A DNA stretch of 21,707 nt, from IMG/VR virus record IMGVR_UViG_2529292922_000023; one strand, written 5' to 3'. Shown in pieces: positions 1 through 7,504 of this stretch. The stretch's first letter is position 1; each line of letters opens with the position of its first letter. Source of the stretch: a virus. Its lineage: Duplodnaviria; Heunggongvirae; Uroviricota; Caudoviricetes. Made by a program: the position numbers and the translations under genes. The notes beneath the pieces were generated by a model. The model did no database searches, was not told where the DNA came from, and saw only the letters and a list, made by a program, of their open reading frames with translations.

Positions 1-296
1 AATGGCCCCATTGCGTAATACCGGATGTGGCTCGACAATAATCCCGTTTTTCCCCACCACCCGTTCTTCCAGCTTGTCAAATACACCAATAACCAGATCG
101 TGGTTGTTATCAAGGTAACGGGCCTGCTCACGTAACGACACGGCCCCGTACTGGCTTAACTGGTCGGCAGTTCGGTTCTCCCGTCGGGCTTTGTGTGTCC
201 GCGTCGTTTTTACGGCCTCATAAGCCTGGATCACCGCACGGGAACGCAGCCTTGCCGCTTTCCATCCTGGTGAAAAAACGCCAATCACATCATCAA
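1..296 (-). CDS. Portal protein, N-terminal part (gene continues beyond window start)
   Basis: Minus-strand ORF open to the window edge, ATG at 296..294; translation begins MAILDDVIGVFSPGWKAARLRSRAV...LREQARYLDNNHDLVIGVFDKLEERVVGKNGI, a pattern typical of lambda-family portal N-termini; sits downstream of gpW as in lambda (Nu1-A-W-B). Confidence 0.55.
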
Positions 297-305
297 GAAT
301 TGCCA

Positions 306-518
306 TCAGAACCTCGCCAGCCGATACCCGGGATGCCCCCGTCGTCGTGTAATCAGAGCCGCAAGGCGGCGCTCCCACTCCTGCCGTCCCTGCCGGATCT
401 CAGATAAGTTTTCCATGGTCATCTGCTGACCATTAAAGGTGACGGATTTTCCGTCCAGCACCGCCATTTCAGCTTCCGTATAACGCTGAATCATGGCTTC
501 GATATCATTCTGGTTCAT
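306..518 (-). CDS. W: gpW-like head-tail joining / head completion protein
   Basis: About 70 aa; position immediately after terminase large subunit as in lambda; GGAGG 6 nt upstream of the internal ATG at 518, which overlaps the terminase stop (ATGA coupling), so 518 preferred over the ORF-track start 524. Confidence 0.55.
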   Translation of the reverse strand: MNQNDIEAMIQRYTEAEMAVLDGKSVTFNGQQMTMENLSEIRQGRQEWERRLAALITRRRGHPGYRLARF

Positions 519-2614
519 AACCATCCTCCGGAAGTCAGCCAGGGGTTAACATCGTCAGTTACTGTTTTCTTCCGTTTTTGTTTTTTAACAGGCGTGGATA
601 CCGGTTCCGGTGAGGATGACGGTTCGGTACTGTCCGGGACACACTCCAGCCAGGTTTCCCGGCTCGCCCACTCCGGTGCATCCGGCCAGCGGATCTTTTC
701 GTATCCATGCAGAATGACCAGAGCCTCGGCATACACCATCAGGTCAAAAGCTTCGTTGGCACCGCGACCCGGCTTACTCCATTTCCCGTCACTGCTCCGC
801 TCTTCATACGTCAGTTCGTCGTAAAACCAGCTCCCCAGCCAGTCAGGGAAATGCACATAGCCGGGACCTGGCGAGTCACGCCATAACGCGTTATTTACCC
901 GGTCTTTCAGTGCATCCGTCTGAAGAAGCCAGAGCGGCACATCACCTGCGGCCTGCGCCCGTCGGCCCGTTCGTCCGGTGTTATCAGGGAATGTACGGGT
1001 GATCAGTTTTGCGCGCCGGATGCTGTCGCCCTTAAACAGGTAAATACGTTTACCAAGGCCATCACGACGGCAACGACGCCAGAATTTATAGGCATTATCA
1101 GTGACCCCGTCTTCACCGCCGGAGTCCACCGCCATTGCCATCAGTCGCATTTGTTGAGAAGGATCGGAGGCCAGCGGCCAGCTTTTATGAAAAACATCTG
1201 TCAGCAGGACATCCCAGTCTTCCGGATAGCTGGCCGGATCAATTCGCTGGCTCTCCCCGTCGCTGTCACCGCGCAATGACTGCGTGATGTTGTAACGATC
1301 AATAATCCAGCGTTCGCCACGGCTGCCATAGCCCGTTACCTGAACCACAAAACGGCGATGACGTCCCGCCTGCACATCCACTGTCGCCACAAGAAAATTA
1401 ACGCCATCCGGCACACTGCGGGAATGAACTGGCTCTGCCCGCTGCTCAAGCAGTTCACTTTTTCGTTGCTCCATGCTGGCGCGGGGAAGATAAGGTAATC
1501 CCCAGTCGGTGTTGATAACCGCCCTGAGTGTTTCTTCACTTCCTGTCGCTTCATACTCCTGTTCTGCAGTCAGTAATTTGTAAACCAGTTGCGCCCAGGT
1601 CTGATACGCAGCAGCTGGCCCTTCCATCCAGAAACTGGCGATACGGGAGCGGCGCGGTTCACCGGAAACGTTGCCGTTACAATCAATGACCTGACCTTCA
1701 CGCAACCAGACTCCTGCACTATTGAGCTCACGCTTTTTCTCCGCAGTGATAATGCCGCTGCAGTGCGGGCAAAGTAGATACGCCGCCTCACTGGCTTTAA
1801 AGGGATCCGGTTCATTACGGTAGCCGGTCATGGCATCCATGGCTGGCTGAAAATATTCACCGCAGTGCGGACATGGCCAGTACCAGCGGCGGCGGTCACC
1901 ACGATTGTAAAGGGAAAGAATACCAGTCGTCGGTGGCGCTTCATGAGGCGACTTACGTCGCCATTTGCTGTCGCAGATGTCACGTCCCGGCGAGCTCTCC
2001 ACCAGAGTCATCCCGGAGGACATAAATGTGGTGGTACGTTTTGAGGCCAGGGAGAAACCATCACCCTCGCTGTCGATATTCTCCGGAAAACGGTCGTAAT
2101 CGGTTAAGGCGACAAACCGGTAATCCGACGACGACATAATGTTGACCGAGGGCCAACCAATTTTAAGGAACGAGCCATCCCTGAACGTCTTATCATGGAC
2201 ATTATTGTCATTACGACGTGGACTCATTCTTTTCTTTACCGCCGCACTGCTTCTGAACGTTCTGTCGAGGCGCTTTTTTGAATGCTCGCGGGCCTTATCT
2301 TCGGTCATCTGCACAACGAGCATGTCCGAAGGATCGCAAACGATGGTATAGACAATCCATCCATCGATCAGACCAATGGTCTTCCCTGTTCGCGCAGGAC
2401 CAACAAAAATCACCGCATCGTATTCACGCGATGCCAGGCAGTTCATGGGCTCAATGATGTAGGGTGTCAGTTCAGGATCCCATGGCACCGAGTTACCAGC
2501 CCCCTTGGGAACACGCATGAATTTTTTAACAGCCTCCGAAATCGGCATGCGACGTGGTGGAGAAAATCCTGCCGATATGTCCCTTCCCAAATTTCGGGCT
2601 GATGAAAAACCCAT
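515..2614 (-). CDS. Terminase large subunit (lambda gpA family)
   Basis: 699-aa ORF; double CPHC motif (CPHCGEYF...LCPHCSGII) matching the lambda gpA CPHCGEE...LCEHNACVI region; ATPase and nuclease-sized domains; follows the Nu1-like gene. Confidence 0.9.
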   Translation of the reverse strand: MGFSSARNLGRDISAGFSPPRRMPISEAVKKFMRVPKGAGNSVPWDPELTPYIIEPMNCLASREYDAVIFVGPARTGKTIGLIDGWIVYTIVCDPSDMLVVQMTEDKAREHSKKRLDRTFRSSAAVKKRMSPRRNDNNVHDKTFRDGSFLKIGWPSVNIMSSSDYRFVALTDYDRFPENIDSEGDGFSLASKRTTTFMSSGMTLVESSPGRDICDSKWRRKSPHEAPPTTGILSLYNRGDRRRWYWPCPHCGEYFQPAMDAMTGYRNEPDPFKASEAAYLLCPHCSGIITAEKKRELNSAGVWLREGQVIDCNGNVSGEPRRSRIASFWMEGPAAAYQTWAQLVYKLLTAEQEYEATGSEETLRAVINTDWGLPYLPRASMEQRKSELLEQRAEPVHSRSVPDGVNFLVATVDVQAGRHRRFVVQVTGYGSRGERWIIDRYNITQSLRGDSDGESQRIDPASYPEDWDVLLTDVFHKSWPLASDPSQQMRLMAMAVDSGGEDGVTDNAYKFWRRCRRDGLGKRIYLFKGDSIRRAKLITRTFPDNTGRTGRRAQAAGDVPLWLLQTDALKDRVNNALWRDSPGPGYVHFPDWLGSWFYDELTYEERSSDGKWSKPGRGANEAFDLMVYAEALVILHGYEKIRWPDAPEWASRETWLECVPDSTEPSSSPEPVSTPVKKQKRKKTVTDDVNPWLTSGGWL

Positions 2615-2622
2615 TATTCCTC

Positions 2623-3150
2623 CTAGAGACTCTCTCCTTCCTCATCAGGAATTAATTCAGCAGCACAAGCCTCGTAGGATTTTTCCTGAAGAGTGTATCG
2701 CAGGTCATCAATGGCCTGCTGTACAACGCCAACGGCCTGAGGAGTCAGGGCGCAATCGCGTTCAAGAACATCCGGAATTGTCTCCAGAACCTGGACGACA
2801 GCCTTTCTCATGGACGAATAGACGATGACTACTTCATCAACGGGGATGAGTTTTCGCTGCTCCTTTTCCAGCTTGATCCTTTCATTTTCAGACTGGTACC
2901 AGTCCTTTCTCTCTTTCGGCTCCATACGGGATGGATCATGAACAGAGTCTGCTGCCTCATGCTTCACACTAAACAGGGCTGGCCCGACATGCTGCAGGGC
3001 GTAAACGGGGTTCCCCCTGACAGTCGCAGCCACAGGAGTGTTGGCCGCGAGAAGCCGTTTTTTTACTGTGTCCCGGTGAAGCCCAAAGGCCTCAGCGATT
3101 TTAAAAACACTCCAGTAATAAGCATCACCGATCCCGCTCACATTTGACAT
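2623..3150 (-). CDS. Terminase small subunit (Nu1-like, N-terminal HTH)
   Basis: Lies about 185 bp from the cos-like sequence and directly upstream of the large subunit; N-terminal HTH-like segment (WSVFKIAEAFGLHRDTVKKRL); start set at ATG 3150 (GGAG 7 nt upstream) rather than ORF-track 3180. Confidence 0.7.
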   Translation of the reverse strand: MSNVSGIGDAYYWSVFKIAEAFGLHRDTVKKRLLAANTPVAATVRGNPVYALQHVGPALFSVKHEAADSVHDPSRMEPKERKDWYQSENERIKLEKEQRKLIPVDEVVIVYSSMRKAVVQVLETIPDVLERDCALTPQAVGVVQQAIDDLRYTLQEKSYEACAAELIPDEEGESL

Positions 3151-3324
3151 AAGCAACTCCATCTGGCAGGTGAAAATCATGTTTATTTATATATTTCAAT
3201 TAATTGTAAACTGGTCTAATGACAGGGAGAAAAAAATATTGTACAGGTAAAAAGAGAAATAACTTTTAATTATCAATAAATTACCAAACATGCTGCCGCC
3301 GCCATGGAAATGCAAAAACTAGCC

Positions 3325-3365
3325 TTTTTCCGCGACGCTCCCGCCCCGTGGCAGGCCACCCCACC
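3325..3365 (-). other. Putative cos site (cosN-like cohesive-end region)
   Basis: Minus strand reads GGCGGGTCCTTCCGGTGGGGTGGCCTGCCACG|GGGCGGGAGCGT|CGCGG, resembling the lambda end junction ...CGGGTCCTTTCCGGTGATCCGACAGGTTACG|GGGCGGCGACCT|CGCGG...; GC-rich island in an AT-rich non-coding stretch about 185 bp upstream of the Nu1-like start, as in lambda. Confidence 0.5.
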
Positions 3366-3613
3366 GGAAGGACCCGCCAAAATGAGAGTGATTATCACCA
3401 TTGCTGATGAATAAATTGATGAAAATCATTGAAACGCCTTTCAGCAAGATAACGGCGACGGTCGTTGTTGAACTCCGTAGCTCTGCTACTAAGGTTAAAA
3501 GCATGGCCATCTTTTGCCACCGGCAAATCTTCAATGGATTTCCCCTGCCGGTTTTTTATTCCTCACATTATCGCAGCCCCTCAGTGAAGGGCTGCTGTAA
3601 TGCCTGCTCTTAC

Positions 3614-3976
3614 TCAGTAACGACCGCGCCTTCCGGTAATTTCATACCGGCAAATACCGGACAGCCCGGGGATCGTTATCTGCAGCTGGTTAGCCAGGGA
3701 GTTAATCTCAGCGACCAACACTGGCTTCGTATAGCGCCATGCCGCCAGCCCTTGTCCACAGAAGCTCGCCATATCTTTTTTCTGATCAAACTCATGACAC
3801 TTCATATTGAGCTGCGCACTTAAGCTGTTGCGATGCTGAAGTTCTCCGGTGAAGTAGTCATCCAGGACTTTATAGGCTGCATATTTAAATCCGGGGTTTA
3901 GCCATGCTGCATAATCATAAGCAACAAACTTCCCGCCATATGTTCCACCGTGTACACCGCGCTCAGTAAAAACCAC
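3614..3976 (-). CDS. KilA-N-like (partial) DNA-binding domain protein, between Rz and cos
   Basis: 120-aa ORF with GTG start; segment GTYGGKFVAYDYAAWLNPGFKYAAYKVL resembles the C-terminal half of KilA-N/APSES domains; the N-terminal half is absent. Confidence 0.4.
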   Translation of the reverse strand: MVFTERGVHGGTYGGKFVAYDYAAWLNPGFKYAAYKVLDDYFTGELQHRNSLSAQLNMKCHEFDQKKDMASFCGQGLAAWRYTKPVLVAEINSLANQLQITIPGLSGICRYEITGRRGRY

Positions 3977-3997
3977 AGATTCGTGTTTTTTCTCCAG

Positions 3998-4465
3998 CTA
4001 CTTAATGCGCTGGGTGCGGATATATTCCTGCGCCCCTTCCAGTTGCTTCTGCATCGTCATCAACCGTTCTCTGAGGGTGAAATAATCCCGTTCAGCGGTG
4101 TCTGCCAGTCGGGGGCTGGTTGCATTATCCATGCTGGTGGGTCCGGTGGCTTCACGCACGGCTGCGGAGCAACTGGCATTGACCCGCAGGCGCTTACGAC
4201 CAGCGGCAACATCAGCGCGCAGAGTTTCATTTTCAGTTTTCGCATCGGCTAACTCCTTCGTGTATTTTGCATCGATCGCAGCAACATCACGCTGACGCTG
4301 CTGCATGTCAGCGATGGTGGCGGTCGCCTGCTTCAGCTCACTGACTTTTTTATCACGCTGTTCTTTGTAGGCGATGGCGTTATCACGGTAATGATTAACA
4401 GCCCATGACAGGCAGGCGATAATGCAGATAACCAGAGCGGAGATAATAACGGTTACCCTGCTCAT
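3998..4465 (-). CDS. Rz: Rz i-spanin
   Basis: Translation [39 protein letters not shown]...[13 protein letters not shown] is close to lambda Rz; N-terminal TM helix; start moved to ATG 4465 (ORF track used an upstream GTG). Confidence 0.9.
   Translation of the reverse strand: MSRVTVIISALVICIIACLSWAVNHYRDNAIAYKEQRDKKVSELKQATATIADMQQRQRDVAAIDAKYTKELADAKTENETLRADVAAGRKRLRVNASCSAAVREATGPTSMDNATSPRLADTAERDYFTLRERLMTMQKQLEGAQEYIRTQRIK
4060..4245 (-). CDS. Rz1: Rz1 o-spanin lipoprotein, embedded in Rz in the +1 frame
   Basis: [22 protein letters not shown]... has a lipobox with Cys, proline-rich [30 protein letters not shown], close to lambda Rz1. Confidence 0.85.
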   Translation of the reverse strand: MRKLKMKLCALMLPLVVSACGSMPVAPQPCVKPPDPPAWIMQPAPDWQTPLNGIISPSENG

Positions 4466-4959
4466 TGTTGCCCCCACAAACAGACTTCACGCTCAATCTC
4501 GCGGCGAGTCATCAGCCCTTTCCATTGCTTACCGCCAGCGTATGTCCAGCGCCGTAGCTGATCACATGCGCCTTTGATATCGCCCTGGTTTATTTTGCGA
4601 AGAAGCGTCGATGTTCTGAAATTGCCAGCGCCCACGTTGTAAACGAACGAGTAAAGAGCGCCGCGCGTTGTTTCCGGTATATCGACGTTGATGTACGGGT
4701 TAATTTGTCTGGCGACCGTGGCAAGGTCTTTATTCAGGAGGGCTTTGCATTCTGCTTCGGTATACGTTTTACCGAGCATAATGTCTTTTCCGGTGTGCCC
4801 GTAACATACAGTCCATACACCAACGATATCTTTATATGGTATGTAGCTGACGCCTTCCAGACCATCGTTACCACTTGGGCCAGTGATTAACACAGATGCT
4901 ATAGCAATAGCCCCGCCACCAATAGCCGCAGCAACGGCTTTTCGTAATGATGGAGGCAT
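4462..4959 (-). CDS. R: SAR endolysin (phage 21 R-type lysozyme, GH24)
   Basis: N-terminal Gly/Ala-rich signal-anchor-release segment ([18 protein letters not shown]) followed by a T4-lysozyme-like catalytic region ([22 protein letters not shown]); matches my recollection of P21 R. Confidence 0.9.
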   Translation of the reverse strand: MPPSLRKAVAAAIGGGAIAIASVLITGPSGNDGLEGVSYIPYKDIVGVWTVCYGHTGKDIMLGKTYTEAECKALLNKDLATVARQINPYINVDIPETTRGALYSFVYNVGAGNFRTSTLLRKINQGDIKGACDQLRRWTYAGGKQWKGLMTRREIEREVCLWGQQ

Positions 4960-5174
4960 TATTCACCTCTCGCAGCCTTACGCTTGTCTTCTCTGATTTT
5001 GAAGTACAGATTTGTCAGGTAAGTCAGAAAGCCCAGAACCAGACTTCCCAGCACACCAATCGCAGCCCACTGTGACGGACTGACCTGATCAAGCCACTGT
5101 AAAAACCAGTAGCCAGCACTACCAGCGGATGTTCCGTAGGCAATGCCAGTAGAGATTTTGTCCATTGATTTCAT
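4959..5174 (-). CDS. S: Pinholin (class II holin, S21-like) with dual-start motif
   Basis: 71 aa, MKSMDK... dual start (Met1/Met4), two TM segments, C-terminal basic tail; matches my recollection of phage 21 S. Confidence 0.85.
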   Translation of the reverse strand: MKSMDKISTGIAYGTSAGSAGYWFLQWLDQVSPSQWAAIGVLGSLVLGFLTYLTNLYFKIREDKRKAARGE

Positions 5175-5296
5175 AGCAACGCCTCCGCCAGTAACGGATT
5201 GCGTAGTTCTTATATTGGGAAGGGGAAAAAAGAAGGCCGCAGCGTAACTATCACTAATAAATTCAGGACAGCCAGTGGCTACGGCTCAGTTTGGGT

Positions 5297-5341
5297 TGTG
5301 GCGGCCGGAATCGAACCGGCTTCCATCGGTGCGCTGCCGAT
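5297..5341 (-). other. tRNA-like 3' fragment (T-arm plus anticodon-arm-like hairpin), not a complete tRNA
   Basis: Minus strand has a canonical T-arm GCCGG-TTCGATT-CCGGC (5304..5320) preceded by a perfect 5-bp stem / 7-nt loop hairpin ATCGG-CAGCGCA-CCGAT (5325..5341); no matching 5' acceptor strand or D-arm found and no CCA. Confidence 0.35.
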
Positions 5342-5489
5342 TGCAGTACGCGCGGCGGTCAGCTATATGACTAGTATTTTCACTATCGCCTATCTGCTAG
5401 CTCGCCATTGAGCTTCACCACAACGATAAGAGCACTGCGCGGCACCTTTCACCAATTCCGCGAGGTCTGCGGGTTCAATGCTCTTACCT

Positions 5490-5526
5490 GTTGTGCAGAA
5501 AAAAAACCACACGGCAGCGAGTTTAA
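5490..5526 (-). terminator. Intrinsic terminator on the late (minus) strand, tR'-equivalent position upstream of S
   Basis: Minus-strand RNA forms CCACAC-AGC...GCU-(GCC)-GUGUGG hairpin followed by U8 (forward A8 at 5490..5497); the flanking CTGCACAACAGGTAAGAGCATTGA matches what I recall of the lambda tR' region. Confidence 0.5.
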
Positions 5527-5576
5527 GCTGTGTGGCGAAGTTACCTCTCTTCACCAAGTATTCGGTAATAAAATAA

Positions 5577-5609
5577 CTTGTGGTGTTCTCGTTTTTATGC
5601 CGATAAAAT
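5577..5609 (+). promoter_or_regulatory. Candidate sigma70 promoter for the moron gene
   Basis: TTGTGG (5577..5582), 18-20 nt spacer, TAAAAT-like -10 inside GATAAAAT, about 25 bp upstream of GGAG RBS and ATG 5639. Confidence 0.3.
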
Positions 5610-5638
5610 AAACGGTCCACTTTCAAATGGAGCGATTC

Positions 5639-6559
5639 ATGATTTTTCTCAGAACTGAAAACGGCATCGAGAAACTTGAAAACTGGGAGGAAATTATATC
5701 CAGACCAAACTTTGTCACCACTATAGACAAAGGAGTTCAACAACTTGAGGAGATAATTGGTTACTACAAATTTAAAGAAGAAATCCACTGTGGTCTAACT
5801 GGTTGCAACCAACCACATCAAATGGGTTATATTGTAAAAACATCTAGTGGCATTGAAACCAACATCGGAAATAAATGTGGTAAAAACGAATTTGGTGTGG
5901 AATTTGGTGAAAACGTTCTTAGTTTCAATAAATTTATGCAACTCGAAACCAATCGGGAAATTATTAGCACCGCAAAAAGTAAATGTGAAGCGTGGCAAAA
6001 AAATATTGAAACGATACGAAATATCAAACCCACAATAGATTATCTATCTTCTACCATCGAAAATAGTAAAAATTCCAATTACTCCGGAAGACTTGGTGCT
6101 ACAGAAATTCGTTTTTTGACCAAGAACCAGACAGGCCTTGTAACCCTTTCTGAAGTGGAAACTGATAAGAATACCAAAACAATTCTGTTCGCAATGAATG
6201 AACACATGCGCGAGTCTGGAGAGGCAATAAGTGAATTCTACATAGGAAAAGTATCATTTAGTCATGTTCTTTTACCAGAAAACAATCTTCGTGATTTTTT
6301 TGTTGCGCTCAAAGAAGATCTAAAAAAAATTCAGTGTATTGATCTACAAACAGCCCCAAGCCCAGAAATTTCTAATGTTGCCAAAATTGCCAGTTCAATC
6401 GAAGAACGAATCAAGCGATTAAAAAAACTGAAACATGAAGCCAGTAAATTCCTAACTAAAAAAAATCTGCGTCCCATCGCAAACAAAATAAAATACTCAT
6501 CGACAGCGGATGAACTTGAATTCCATAATTTCGAACGCTTTTTAAAAGGGCTGAAATGA
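5639..6559 (+). CDS. Moron: AT-rich hypothetical protein (about 306 aa), opposite strand, inserted between Q and the lysis cassette
   Basis: Long clean ORF on the opposite strand to all flanking phage genes; markedly AT-rich; GGAG RBS 6 nt before ATG 5639 (ORF-track start 5627 has no RBS); stem-loop terminator 4 nt after the stop; Lys/Asn/Glu-rich with a Cys/His cluster (HCGLTGCNQPH...KCGK) and predicted coiled-coil C-terminus; no family recognised. Confidence 0.7.
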   Translation: MIFLRTENGIEKLENWEEIISRPNFVTTIDKGVQQLEEIIGYYKFKEEIHCGLTGCNQPHQMGYIVKTSSGIETNIGNKCGKNEFGVEFGENVLSFNKFMQLETNREIISTAKSKCEAWQKNIETIRNIKPTIDYLSSTIENSKNSNYSGRLGATEIRFLTKNQTGLVTLSEVETDKNTKTILFAMNEHMRESGEAISEFYIGKVSFSHVLLPENNLRDFFVALKEDLKKIQCIDLQTAPSPEISNVAKIASSIEERIKRLKKLKHEASKFLTKKNLRPIANKIKYSSTADELEFHNFERFLKGLK

Positions 6560-6562
6560 TAA

Positions 6563-6580
6563 AAGCCCCGAAAGGGGCTT
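6563..6580. terminator. Bidirectional stem-loop terminator (7-bp stem, GAAA tetraloop) between Q/pR' and the moron
   Basis: AAGCCCC-GAAA-GGGGCTT; on the minus strand followed by UUUUAUCAUUU, on the plus strand placed 4 nt after the moron stop with a weaker U-tract. Confidence 0.6.
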
Positions 6581-6673
6581 CTATCAAAATCATTTACGCA
6601 TTATTCCGCATGCTTAAAAGAATACATGACAGATTCGGACAAAATCAAGTGCAATGTCGCAAAAACCCTAAGC

Positions 6674-7504
6674 TTAGTTCACATCATCACCAAAACTTGT
6701 CACATTCTGAAAAGCAATATCGGCCTTACGCTCTTCCTGGTGGCAAATGTCAACCAGAGAATCAAGAAACGGCTTCCAATTACGCGTCCATGTCCTGACA
6801 TGTAGCTCGGGTATCCGCTTCAGTACAACTTTATATACTGTGGTAGACGGTACCGTGGAAAATCCATTTCCGCTGCAACGTTCGCAGATTTTAAACACTG
6901 GCACACCACGCTCGCTTGTGGCTTTGCGGTCCAGTACCTCTCCCTTTCCACCACAACGACACCTGGCACTTATCACTCCCTTCCCTTTACATACATCGCA
7001 AACGACTGGTACAACTTCCGTTACCTCTGTCCATTTCTCCCAGTCTGACGGTCGAACAGCACGGGAGCGACTGGCCCAATATGGTGCTTTACCCCATGGG
7101 TATGAAACCTTACGAATGACCTGCTTACGGGGTGTTAGTCCGGTACCACTGCAACTATGGCATGTTACGCTGGTGTCCGCCGATCGGGAATACTCAGCAA
7201 AAGCAAACTGCGCCAGTACCAGCATACACCAGCCAAATTCACCACCAGCTGCTTTACGCACATTCTTCGGTGCAATTTCCATCGCGTGACGCGCCAGCGC
7301 TTGGACTGCCATCTGCTCATCAGTCTTGCTGATACCGGCCTTCCCGAAGAAGGCCGCCAAGCCAAACCGTTCACGATTGCTGGTGGTACCAATAGCCGCC
7401 ATAACATCGGTGCCTGTAAGACGTTCCGGAGAGGTTCCTTTCACATCGTCGCCGATATACATTCCCTGAGGACTGAAGTATTTTAGCGATGCCTCAAGCT
7501 TCAT
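6674..7504 (-). CDS. Q: Late antiterminator Q (lambda Q family) with expanded zinc-binding region
   Basis: N-terminus (KYFSPQG...LTGTDVMAAIG) and C-terminus (KVVLKRIPELHVRTWTRNWKPFLDSLVDICHQEERKADIAFQNVT) align with lambda Q (LIPNLTQPTWSRTVKPLYDALVVQCHKEESIADNILNAVT); central region carries four CxxCxGxG-like repeats. Confidence 0.85.
   Translation of the reverse strand: MKLEASLKYFSPQGMYIGDDVKGTSPERLTGTDVMAAIGTTSNRERFGLAAFFGKAGISKTDEQMAVQALARHAMEIAPKNVRKAAGGEFGWCMLVLAQFAFAEYSRSADTSVTCHSCSGTGLTPRKQVIRKVSYPWGKAPYWASRSRAVRPSDWEKWTEVTEVVPVVCDVCKGKGVISARCRCGGKGEVLDRKATSERGVPVFKICERCSGNGFSTVPSTTVYKVVLKRIPELHVRTWTRNWKPFLDSLVDICHQEERKADIAFQNVTSFGDDVN

Noticed and set aside
594-2828. Plus-strand ORFs (594..824, 1589..1777, 2139..2351, 2282..2602, 2505..2828) inside the terminase genes
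   Set aside because: All antisense to long, motif-supported terminase ORFs; no RBS; typical shadow ORFs.
3519-3556. Hairpin plus T6 resembling a plus-strand intrinsic terminator in the cos region
   Set aside because: No credible plus-strand gene upstream to terminate; more likely part of cos structure. Not called.
3401-3823. 140-aa plus-strand ORF spanning the cos region and the KilA-N-like gene
   Set aside because: Runs through the cos-like non-coding region and antisense to a better-supported gene; no RBS; likely chance ORF.
5297-5420. Complete tRNA gene on the minus strand
   Set aside because: Only a T-arm and one hairpin are present; no complementary 5' acceptor strand within tRNA distance, no D-arm, non-canonical loop (A at position 33), and the 3' end reads ACCC rather than CCA. 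Kept only as a tRNA-like fragment.
5390-5788. 132-aa minus-strand ORF overlapping the start of the moron and the late leader
   Set aside because: Overlaps the better-supported plus-strand moron ORF and the tR'-like terminator; composition is low-complexity and looks like antisense of an AT-rich gene; no RBS.
6747-7486. Plus-strand ORFs (6747..7289, 7157..7486 and others) and minus-strand 7165..7407 inside Q
   Set aside because: Overlap the Q gene, which is supported by family-level similarity; shadow ORFs.
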